Source: Candidatus Omnitrophota bacterium (GTDB taxonomy: Bacteria > Omnitrophota > Gorgyraeia > Gygaellales > Profunditerraquicolaceae). From it: 32,863 bases of DNA. The notes beneath the pieces were generated by a model that worked only from the letters and a program-made list of their open reading frames with translations, was not told the origin of the DNA and did not search any database. Location of the stretch: positions 1 through 32,863 of the forward strand of contig VGKM01000003.1 in assembly GCA_016867005.1 (NCBI GenBank). The letters run 5' to 3'. A program made the position numbers and the translations under genes. Below, piece by piece: positions 1-7,955 of the stretch (position 1 is its first letter; every line of letters starts with the position of its first letter).

Positions 1-63
1 TTTGGCTAGAGCGCAGCGTTCGGGACGCTGAGGCCGACAGTTCAAGTCTGTCCGCCCCGACCA
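1..63 (+). tRNA. tRNA-Pro (anticodon CGG), 5' end truncated by the window edge
   Basis: Anticodon arm CAGCG-TTCGGGA-CGCTG (14-30); T arm GACAG-TTCAAGT-CTGTC (36-52); acceptor 3' strand CGCCCCG, discriminator A and encoded CCA (61-63). Confidence 0.95.
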
Positions 64-108
64 CCTTTCGATAAACTCAAGGTGATCGCCCTGAGTGGAA
101 TCGAAGGG
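64..108. repeat. Imperfect inverted repeat / REP-like hairpin directly after the tRNA
   Basis: CCTTTCGAT..ACTCAAGG pairs with CCCTGAGT..ATCGAAGGG; resembles the CCTTCGACAAGCTCAGG/CCTGAGCTTGTCGAAGG type of extragenic palindrome. Confidence 0.6.
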
Positions 109-146
109 CGGACAAATAACAAAAGCCACAAGGAGTCCAAGAAGTT

Positions 147-3100
147 ATGAAAACCGGGCCCAGGCGCAAATATTTAATAATTCCGGTTGTGGTTATTACG
201 GGGATAATTATTTCTTTTATCCTCTTTTTTATGTCAAAGCGCCTGGAGAATAAGCGCCTGATCGCCGATTTTGAGTTATTGGCAGATGCAAGAAGCGACG
301 CGATACAACTCAGTTTGCAGGACCATATATTCGAGCTTTATTCTTTGCAAAGTTTTTTTGATGCCTCGCAATCGGTAAATAGGCAGGAATTTTCCACTTT
401 TGTCTCTGTTATTTTGCCCCGCCATCTCGGAGTGATCTCTTTTGACTGGGTCCCGCGCATAACCGATTCTAACAGGGAAAAATTTGAGGAGGCAATCCAG
501 AAAGAAGGCGTTGGCAGCTTTAAAATCAGGGACCTGGGAAATGAAGGAAAACTTTCAGAAGCCAAGCCCCACCCCGAGTATTTCCCTATCTATTATTCAG
601 TCCCTCCTGAAAACAATGCAAATGTCCTTGGTTTTAACCTTATGTCCAGTGAAGTACGCTGGCAGGCAATGCTGAGGGCGGTAAATGATGATGCCCCGAT
701 AGCTACTCCCCGCATAAGATCAATCCGGAAGGGTTCGGATTATGCCTGCCGTTTGTTTCTGCCTGTATACCGCAATGGCGTTATTTATAATACAAAAGAA
801 CTTCGTCAGCAGAATTTATTAGGTTATGTTTCGACGCTTTTCTTGGTCAAGGATACTATAGACGAGGCCTTAAAAGGCATGAAGCAGGCAGGTATTAATG
901 TATGCCTCTATGACGAAAGCGCGCCTCCCGATGATAAATTGCTGTATTGCCATATAGAAAATGCCTCCTTAGGCAATAGTAAACAAGGCTCAAGCAGAGG
1001 ATTTATCGCCCGTTCTACATTTGATTTCGGCGGCAGAAAATGGAGGATTGTTGCAACGCCTACAGAAGAATTCTTTGCTGTAAGAAAATTTGCCGGGCCA
1101 TGGTTTGTGCTCTTTGGGTCATTTATTTTAACATTTTTCTTAGCATCGTATTTATTCAGTATCTTAAACAGGTCAGCTGAAATCGAAAGGTTGATCGAGG
1201 AGCGCACAGCGGAATTAATCAAAGCAAAAGATAAAGCTACGCTTTTGTATAAGGTAAGCCCCAGCGCTATTTTTACGGTTGATAAAGAAATGCGGATCGT
1301 AAGCTGGAATAATAAGGCAACCGAGATAACCGGCTATACCAATGAAGAGGTAATGGGTAAGCAGTGCTTTATGTTTACCGAATACCCCTGCAAGGATAAA
1401 TGTGGACTTTATTCTGACGATGTCTCAAAACCTATAATCGGCCAGGAATGCACGATAAAGAGAAAAGATGGCACGATGCGTATTGTTACAAAGAATGCCG
1501 ATTTTCTAAAAGACGAATTCGGCAATGTAATGGGAGGCATTGAGAGTTTTGAAGATATCACCGAAAGAAAGCTTGCTGAAAACGCAATTAGAATTGCTTT
1601 TGATATGACGCATTCCATCCTGGAAAAGGCGCCGTTCGGCATATTTGTTGTAAATAAAACAGGAAATATCGATTATGTAAATACCCGCATGATTGAGATC
1701 TCCGGCTCGACTTACGAGCAATTCAAGGGAATGAATATTCTGCAAGTCCCCACATATAAGGAACTCGGCCTGGACCAGAAAATAAGGGATGTAATAAATT
1801 CTGGCGAATCATTTTTTATGGGTGACGTTGATTATACTTCTTTTTACAGCAAGAAAAGGAGCATCAGGAATTTTACCGGGATGTCTTTTGAAGAAGAGGG
1901 GCAGAGAAAAGCGCTTATTTTCGTAGAAGATGTTACTGCGGAAAAGCAGGCTGAGCAAAAGCTTGAAGAGGCGGCAGAAGAATGGAAGAGGACATTTGAT
2001 TCTATTTCCGATATGATCTTTATCCAGGATATCGACTCTACTATATTAAGGGCAAATAAGGCCTTCCTTGAATCTATAAAATCTCCTGCCGGCGACGTAA
2101 TCGGAAAGAAATGTTATCAGGTAATGCATAACCTTGACCATCCCTGGCCGGAATGCCCGTTTGAAAAGACCAAGCAGGATAAACTTACGCATACCGAAGA
2201 GGTCCATGATAAAAATATCGGTATCCCGCTTTTGGTTTCTACTTCTCCGATCTTTGACAACAAGGGTAATTTGATCGGCTCTGTCCATATTGCCAAGGAT
2301 ATCTCTGATATTATCAGGGCAAGAGAGGAACTTGAAAAAAAGAATGAAGAACTGAGAAAGCTCGATCAGCTCAAATCAGATTTTGTTTCTACGGTTTCGC
2401 ATGAATTACGCACCCCGCTATCTATTACCAAGGAAGGGATAAGTTTAATAATCGACGGTATCCCGGGAGCGATAAATGAAAAGCAGCGGAAAATATTAAG
2501 TACGGCAAAAGATAATGTGGACAGGCTGGCGCGCATCATCAATGAATTGCTTGATATTTCAAGGATCGAGGCAGGCAAGATTGAGATCAGAAGAGAATCC
2601 ACCAGTTTGAATCATATTATAGAGACAGTTATTACTTCGTTTTCATTAAAGACGCAGGAAAAAAACCTGGAATTGAAGTTAACCATGCCCGGGAGGCCTG
2701 TTGAAATCTATATTGACCCGGATAAAATAATCCAGGTATTTACTAATTTTGTGGATAATGCGATTAAATTCACCGAGAAAGGCACAATTGAGGTTTCTTG
2801 CTTTGAAAAAGAAAATGAGGTTGAGTGTTGTGTCAGGGATTCGGGTATCGGCATATCCGCTGATGACCTGCCTAAGCTGTTTGATAAGTTCCAACAATTC
2901 GGCCGTACGCCCGGGCCGGGAGAAAAAGGGACTGGCTTAGGGCTATCTATAGCCAAAGGGATAATCGACCTGCATAAGGGGCGTATTTGGGTAGAAAGCG
3001 AATTCGGCAAAGGCACGAAGTTTTATTTTAGCCTGCCCAAATATACTTATGAAACTCTTACAAAGGAATATGTTGATTCAGGCATCGATGATTCTTTGAA

Positions 3101-3458
3101 AAATCATACTAAATTCTCTTATATAATTGTAACTGTCGTAGATTTTAACAAGATATCCGAAGAAATCGAAAAAAATAAATTACATGAAGTCCTGCGTGAT
3201 ATCGAGGCGGCCATACGCAACAGTTTACGCCGTTCAAAGGATACTACATTAAAAGGGGAAAAAGAATTCGGTGTCTTCTTGTATGACTGCAACAGGGAGA
3301 ATGCTTTAAGGGTCGAGGGTAGGATCGAGCAGGTCATAGAGGATTGTTTGATTACGCATAGTTTGAGCGGAAGGCTGCAATTTAAATTCGGCTGCGTTAC
3401 ATATCCGGATCAGGCATCAAATTATGAAGAACTGATCAATATAATCAGGAAAGAATAA
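147..3458 (+). CDS. Sensor histidine kinase: TM-CHASE-TM, three PAS domains, HisKA, HATPase, C-terminal degenerate GGDEF-like domain
   Basis: Two TM helices flank a CHASE-like region (YFPIYYSVPPENNANVLGFNL). PAS/PAC motifs (DITERK, DVTAEK, DISD). H-box SHELRTPL, N-box NFVDNAIKF, G1 DSGIGI, G2 GTGLGLSI. Tail has a GGDEF-fold pattern with GEKEF. Confidence 0.92.
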   Translation: MKTGPRRKYLIIPVVVITGIIISFILFFMSKRLENKRLIADFELLADARSDAIQLSLQDHIFELYSLQSFFDASQSVNRQEFSTFVSVILPRHLGVISFDWVPRITDSNREKFEEAIQKEGVGSFKIRDLGNEGKLSEAKPHPEYFPIYYSVPPENNANVLGFNLMSSEVRWQAMLRAVNDDAPIATPRIRSIRKGSDYACRLFLPVYRNGVIYNTKELRQQNLLGYVSTLFLVKDTIDEALKGMKQAGINVCLYDESAPPDDKLLYCHIENASLGNSKQGSSRGFIARSTFDFGGRKWRIVATPTEEFFAVRKFAGPWFVLFGSFILTFFLASYLFSILNRSAEIERLIEERTAELIKAKDKATLLYKVSPSAIFTVDKEMRIVSWNNKATEITGYTNEEVMGKQCFMFTEYPCKDKCGLYSDDVSKPIIGQECTIKRKDGTMRIVTKNADFLKDEFGNVMGGIESFEDITERKLAENAIRIAFDMTHSILEKAPFGIFVVNKTGNIDYVNTRMIEISGSTYEQFKGMNILQVPTYKELGLDQKIRDVINSGESFFMGDVDYTSFYSKKRSIRNFTGMSFEEEGQRKALIFVEDVTAEKQAEQKLEEAAEEWKRTFDSISDMIFIQDIDSTILRANKAFLESIKSPAGDVIGKKCYQVMHNLDHPWPECPFEKTKQDKLTHTEEVHDKNIGIPLLVSTSPIFDNKGNLIGSVHIAKDISDIIRAREELEKKNEELRKLDQLKSDFVSTVSHELRTPLSITKEGISLIIDGIPGAINEKQRKILSTAKDNVDRLARIINELLDISRIEAGKIEIRRESTSLNHIIETVITSFSLKTQEKNLELKLTMPGRPVEIYIDPDKIIQVFTNFVDNAIKFTEKGTIEVSCFEKENEVECCVRDSGIGISADDLPKLFDKFQQFGRTPGPGEKGTGLGLSIAKGIIDLHKGRIWVESEFGKGTKFYFSLPKYTYETLTKEYVDSGIDDSLKNHTKFSYIIVTVVDFNKISEEIEKNKLHEVLRDIEAAIRNSLRRSKDTTLKGEKEFGVFLYDCNRENALRVEGRIEQVIEDCLITHSLSGRLQFKFGCVTYPDQASNYEELINIIRKE

Positions 3459-3463
3459 ATAAT

Positions 3464-3491
3464 TTTACAAAACTTGATTTATGTGTAAAAT
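3464..3491 (+). promoter_or_regulatory. Candidate sigma70 promoter for the receiver/pilus genes
   Basis: TTTACA-16 nt-TAAAAT in the intergenic gap; GGAGG Shine-Dalgarno before the ATG at 3528. Confidence 0.4.
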
Positions 3492-3527
3492 AAGGCAGGA
3501 TAGGATTTTTTATTACCGGAGGTAGAA

Positions 3528-3899
3528 ATGGGAAATAGCAGGATTTTGCTGGTTGATGATGAGACGGACCTGGTTGAAATGGTCAAGATGCGGCTTGAGG
3601 CCAATCATTACGAAGTAATTACCGCTTTTGACGGGCAGGATGGCCTGGAGAAGGCGCGCAGCGTAAATCCTGATTTGATCATCCTGGATATTATGCTTCC
3701 TAAGATGGATGGTTATAAGGTCTGCAGGATACTGAAATTTGATGAGAACTTCAAGAAAATACCCGTTATCATGTTTACCGCACGCGCTCAAGACCAGGAC
3801 AAGGAGACCGGTACGCAGGTCGGGGCAGATGCCTATATAACAAAACCGTTCGAGCCGGAAGTATTATTGAATAAAATCAATGAACTAATGCCAAAATAA
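3528..3899 (+). CDS. Single-domain response regulator (receiver only)
   Basis: LLVDDE acidic pocket, LIILDIMLP phospho-Asp, FTA, YITKPF; 123 aa with no output domain. Confidence 0.95.
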   Translation: MGNSRILLVDDETDLVEMVKMRLEANHYEVITAFDGQDGLEKARSVNPDLIILDIMLPKMDGYKVCRILKFDENFKKIPVIMFTARAQDQDKETGTQVGADAYITKPFEPEVLLNKINELMPK

Positions 3900-3906
3900 G
3901 GAAAAT

Positions 3907-5580
3907 ATGGATATCAGGCCGGATATTAATTTATTGATACAAAAAGGGATCATTAGCCAGGAACAGGTGGATAAAGCAAGGGAAGAGAGCGCCAAGACAG
4001 GGCTTCCTATTGAGAAATCACTTGAGCGGCTGGGTTTTATTTCTGAAGTGGATATCGCAAAAATTGCCGCGGATTCTATCGGCGTGCCTTTTATCAATTT
4101 GACCGATTACCTGATAGATGCTGAAGCAATCAAGCTTGTCCCTGAGGCATTGGCGAAGAAATTTAAAGCAGTGCCTATTTTTAAAATAGGCGATAGTTTA
4201 ACCGTGGCAATGGCAGATCCCCGCGATATCGCGGCAATCGATGAAATCAGGTTAAAAAGCAAGGTCGGGATAATCGAGCCGGTCATATCTACGGTAGACA
4301 TGATCCAGAAAGTTATTGACCAGTATTATGGGGCTATCGGTAGCGCCGAGGAATTAGTCAAGGGCCTGACCAAAGAAAAAATGGAGGAGCGCCTCAAAGG
4401 GACAAAGGGGCTTGCCGAGATCGCCGAAGATGCACCTATCGTAAAATTAGTAAGTTTAATAATCATGCAGGCCGTAAAAGACAAGGCAAGCGATGTGCAT
4501 ATTGAGCCGGCTGAAGATAAAGTCCTTGTGCGTTACCGCATAGACGGTATTTTGCATGAGGTACAAAAGATACCTAAACACTTGCAGAGTGCTTTGGCAT
4601 CGCGCGTCAAGGTAATGGCAAGGATGGATATTGCCGAGACCCGTAATCCTCAGGACGGAAGGATACAATTAAAGATGGAGAATAAGGATCTTGACCTGAG
4701 GGTTTCTTCTTTTCCGACAATAAACGGAGAAAACCTGGTTTTAAGGATTTTGGATAAATCATCGGTCCTTATGGGGCTTGCGGAACTCGGGTTTGCCGGC
4801 AAGGATTTAAAAAACTTTGATAAACTTATCAGGCGGCCAAACGGGATAATCCTTGTTACCGGCCCCACTGGTTCGGGAAAAACCACGACTTTGTATGCCG
4901 CGCTTTCCACTATCAATTCCATAGAAAAGAATATCATTACCATTGAGGACCCTGTTGAGTATGAGATCCCGCTTATCCGGCAGACGCAGGTAAATCCGAA
5001 GGCAGGGCTTACTTTTGCTAACGGCTTGCGCAGTATCCTTCGCCAGGACCCCGATATAATCATGGTCGGCGAAATACGCGATAAAGAAACCGCAGAGATA
5101 GCGATCCAGGCGTCTTTAACCGGGCATTTAGTTTTTTCAACGCTGCACACAAACGATGCCCCGGGCGCCCTTACCCGCCTGATAGATATGGGGATTGAAC
5201 CGTTTTTAATCGCAAGTTCCATCACCGGTATCCTGGCTCAGAGATTAGTGCGTGTGATCTGCCCGAAGTGTAAAGAAAAATATACTCCTTCGGATGAGGT
5301 CATGCATGATTTAGGGTTGAAGGAGAAAGTTGAATTGTACCGAGGAAAAGGATGTATGCACTGTAAAGAGACCGGTTTTTCCGGAAGAGTAGGTATTTTT
5401 GAATTACTTCTTATGAATGAGGAGATAAAGAACCTGGTTACCGCAAAGGCATCAAGCGGCGATATCAAGAAAAAGGCCTTGGCTCAAGGGATGACTACTT
5501 TATATGAAGACGGGATGGAGAAAATAAAGAGCGGAGTAACTACCGCAGAAGAAATGCTTAGAGTGACAGAGGAGGTGTAG
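3907..5580 (+). CDS. pilB: Type IV pilus/T2SS extension ATPase (PilB/MshE/GspE family)
   Basis: ASDVHIEP, Walker A GPTGSGKTTT, Asp box TIEDPVEY, LRQDPDIIMVGEIRD, His box TGHLVFSTLHTND, Zn motifs CPKC and CMHC. Confidence 0.93.
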   Translation: MDIRPDINLLIQKGIISQEQVDKAREESAKTGLPIEKSLERLGFISEVDIAKIAADSIGVPFINLTDYLIDAEAIKLVPEALAKKFKAVPIFKIGDSLTVAMADPRDIAAIDEIRLKSKVGIIEPVISTVDMIQKVIDQYYGAIGSAEELVKGLTKEKMEERLKGTKGLAEIAEDAPIVKLVSLIIMQAVKDKASDVHIEPAEDKVLVRYRIDGILHEVQKIPKHLQSALASRVKVMARMDIAETRNPQDGRIQLKMENKDLDLRVSSFPTINGENLVLRILDKSSVLMGLAELGFAGKDLKNFDKLIRRPNGIILVTGPTGSGKTTTLYAALSTINSIEKNIITIEDPVEYEIPLIRQTQVNPKAGLTFANGLRSILRQDPDIIMVGEIRDKETAEIAIQASLTGHLVFSTLHTNDAPGALTRLIDMGIEPFLIASSITGILAQRLVRVICPKCKEKYTPSDEVMHDLGLKEKVELYRGKGCMHCKETGFSGRVGIFELLLMNEEIKNLVTAKASSGDIKKKALAQGMTTLYEDGMEKIKSGVTTAEEMLRVTEEV

Positions 5581-5581
5581 G

Positions 5582-5791
5582 ATGGTAATTTTAGTTATTA
5601 TCGGGGTTGTTTCTTTGATTTTAGGGTTGTTCCTTATGACCGATCCAAAATTATTGGAAAAGTTTATTAATCAGTTGAACAAAGTCATTATAGCAACAAG
5701 GCCGCCGAGCCTTAAGCAGAATAAGCTCCTCGGGATCTTCTTGATTGTTTTTTCCTTAGTTATGTTTTATATAGGGATGAAGTTAAGGTAA
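5582..5791 (+). CDS. Small hypothetical membrane protein with two TM helices
   Basis: 69 aa with hydrophobic N- and C-terminal helices; GGAGG SD; fills the gap between the ATPase and platform genes. Confidence 0.75.
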   Translation: MVILVIIGVVSLILGLFLMTDPKLLEKFINQLNKVIIATRPPSLKQNKLLGIFLIVFSLVMFYIGMKLR

Positions 5792-5803
5792 CTGATAAGG
5801 ATC

Positions 5804-7018
5804 ATGCCAAACTTTAAATATAGGGCAAGAGATAAGTTTTCGAGGGCAGTTAGCGGCACAATTGCCGCATCCGGAGAAGACGAAGCAGCCAAAAAGCTCC
5901 AGGATATGGGGTATGTGCCTATATCTGTTGAAAAGGCCCGCGATTTTTCCGCCCATGACCTGCTTAAGAAATTCAAAAGCGTAAAGCTGGAGGAGGTTAA
6001 TGTTTTTACCCGCCAGCTTTATTCTTTGCAAAAAGCCGGCGTCCCTCTTTTGTCCAGTTTGGAAGTAATCGCTATCCAAAGTAAGAACATGTATTTCAGA
6101 AGTGTTATCGAAGAAATAGCGGCAAATATCAGGTCAGGCAATAGTTTTTCTGCCTCTCTTCGAAAATACCCAAAGATCTTCGACGAAGTTTATGTCAGTA
6201 TGGTTAAAGCAGCAGAGTCAGGCGGTAATATCGCCAATATCCTGGAAAGGTTAAGCGCCTTACTGGAACAGGATATTGATACAAGGGCAAGGATCAAATC
6301 TGCAACGCGTTATCCCTTGCTTGCTTTTGTAGTTTTGTGTATCGGGTTCCTGATCATGGTCACTTTTGTAATCCCCCGTTTTTCAGTGATTTATGGCCAA
6401 TTTAATGCGGAGCTGCCTTTGCCGACCCGCGTTTTAATTATGATAAACCTCTTAATCAGAAAATTCTGGTTTTTGTTTATCACGCTTATTATCGCAGGTT
6501 TTATCGGTTTTAGAAAATTCATTAGATCCGGCTTTGGCCGTCCTATATGGGATAATTTTAAGCTTAAAGTTTATGTCCTGGGCCCTTTGATGCAAATACT
6601 GATAATGTCCCGTTTTGCCAGGATCACCAGTTTATTGATGAAAAGCGGGGTCCCGATATTGGAGATCCTGGATTTAGTGGCAAATACATCAGGTAATATT
6701 ATTATCGCCCGCGCCATAAGAAACGTCAAAGAAAGCGTTAACCAGGGAAGGGGCATTTCAGAGCCGATGAAAGCAAGCGGCCTTTTCCCGCCGGTTGTCG
6801 TACAGATGGTGGCAATAGGAGAGCAAACCGGCAAAGTCGATGAGCTGCTTTTAAGCGTCGCAGACTACTATGACCGCGAATCCAGCTATATGATCAAGAA
6901 TTTGAGTACCTATATTGAACCGGCGTTGATCTTCGTTTTAGGAATAATGGTTTTAGTGATGGCACTAGCGATATTTTTGCCGATGTGGAACCTGATCAGG
7001 TTATTCAGGCCTTCTTAA
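5804..7018 (+). CDS. pilC: Type IV pilus inner-membrane platform protein (PilC/MshG/GspF family)
   Basis: MPNFKYRARD start, FTRQL...AGVPL, AESGG, YP, IGEQTG, IEP...AIFLPMW. Confidence 0.93.
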   Translation: MPNFKYRARDKFSRAVSGTIAASGEDEAAKKLQDMGYVPISVEKARDFSAHDLLKKFKSVKLEEVNVFTRQLYSLQKAGVPLLSSLEVIAIQSKNMYFRSVIEEIAANIRSGNSFSASLRKYPKIFDEVYVSMVKAAESGGNIANILERLSALLEQDIDTRARIKSATRYPLLAFVVLCIGFLIMVTFVIPRFSVIYGQFNAELPLPTRVLIMINLLIRKFWFLFITLIIAGFIGFRKFIRSGFGRPIWDNFKLKVYVLGPLMQILIMSRFARITSLLMKSGVPILEILDLVANTSGNIIIARAIRNVKESVNQGRGISEPMKASGLFPPVVVQMVAIGEQTGKVDELLLSVADYYDRESSYMIKNLSTYIEPALIFVLGIMVLVMALAIFLPMWNLIRLFRPS

Positions 7019-7020
7019 AG

Positions 7021-7404
7021 ATGGCAAAGCGCGGCCTTACGCTCTTTGAGTTATTGGTTTCGGTTTGCGTTATTTCTACTCTTATCGGTTTATTTGCAAT
7101 TTATGCCAACAATACCGTAAAGGTCTCAAGAGAGATTGCCTTGCAAAGCGAGCTTAAGAATATCCGGATGTCTATCCAGCATTTTTATATTTTAAACGGA
7201 AGATATCCCAACGATTTGTTTGAGTTAACGCGTGAGCCCTTGACAATAGGCAGTGATAATAGTAAAATAATACTTCAAAGTTACTTGGGTTCTTTCAGGG
7301 TTGACAAGGAAGGCTGTATGCTCGACCCTTTCTTCAATAGGTATGTTTATAACAAAGTAGATGGCTCGGTTCATCCGGGAGGCAATGATTACCAGCGGTG
7401 GTAA
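7021..7404 (+). CDS. Prepilin-like protein (minor pilin/pseudopilin)
   Basis: Start reassigned to ATG 7021: MAKRG/LTLFELLV type III signal with Glu+5; GRYP and DPF..RYVY motifs of pseudopilin-type heads. Confidence 0.8.
   Translation: MAKRGLTLFELLVSVCVISTLIGLFAIYANNTVKVSREIALQSELKNIRMSIQHFYILNGRYPNDLFELTREPLTIGSDNSKIILQSYLGSFRVDKEGCMLDPFFNRYVYNKVDGSVHPGGNDYQRW
7240..7268 (+). promoter_or_regulatory. Near-consensus sigma70 promoter inside the upstream pilin-like gene, likely driving the major pilin
   Basis: TTGACA (7240-7245), 17 nt spacer, TAAAAT (7263-7268); about 210 nt upstream of the pilin ATG. Confidence 0.6.
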
Positions 7405-7479
7405 ATTTTTGGAATTAATAACACCCCGCGCTTATCGGAATTGCGCGGGCGTACCCTTATTGGGTAAAAAGGAGGGGTA

Positions 7480-7881
7480 ATGGGTAAAAAGTCAGGTTTT
7501 ACTTTAATTGAATTAGTAATGGTCATAGTTATCCTCGGGATACTCGCCTCAGTCGCATTACCGACATTTTTCAACTTGCAGGAAGATGCAAAAAGAGCAG
7601 CTGTTAAAGGCGATTTAGGCGGCCTTCGCAGCGCAATTGCTATCTGGTATGCCAAGACAGCGGCATCGGCTGGTGTGGCATCATATCCTTCTATTACAGA
7701 ATTGAATTCTTCTCCCGGCGGGCCTTTAGCATTCGGCGTCCCGGTCAACCCTTATACAAATTCAAGCGGAATAATCGCGGGTGCCGCAGAAACTGCTAAT
7801 TCAAGCCAGGGATGGATTTATGACGTTACTACCGGCAGGATTTGGAGTTCCGCTCCGCAGACCCAGGGTTCGGGTTATTAG
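7480..7881 (+). CDS. Probable major type IV pilin (MshA/PilA-like)
   Basis: MGKKSG/FTLIELVMVIVILGILASVALP; strong SD AAGGAGG; flanked by its own candidate promoter and a downstream hairpin. Confidence 0.88.
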   Translation: MGKKSGFTLIELVMVIVILGILASVALPTFFNLQEDAKRAAVKGDLGGLRSAIAIWYAKTAASAGVASYPSITELNSSPGGPLAFGVPVNPYTNSSGIIAGAAETANSSQGWIYDVTTGRIWSSAPQTQGSGY

Positions 7882-7907
7882 TAAGATATTTTAGTTTGAC
7901 TTAAACG

Positions 7908-7949
7908 TAATGGCTGGCTTTTCAGAACAATTTGGAGAGCCAGCCATTA
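7908..7949 (+). terminator. Long stem-loop after the major pilin (terminator/attenuator or mRNA stabiliser)
   Basis: TAATGGCTGGCT (7908-7919) is the exact reverse complement of AGCCAGCCATTA (7938-7949), extendable with G-U pairs. No classical U-tract follows. Confidence 0.6.
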
Positions 7950-7955
7950 AATTAT

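Noticed and set aside
6985-7020. Longer ORF-track starts (6985, 7932, 9466, 22885)
   Set aside because: Downstream ATGs give proper prepilin leaders or family-typical N-termini, while the extensions overlap upstream genes, hairpins or promoters.
7405-7479. c-di-GMP riboswitch in the pilin leader
   Set aside because: The GEMM consensus elements (GGCAAA / GNRA tetraloop-receptor pattern) are not visible.
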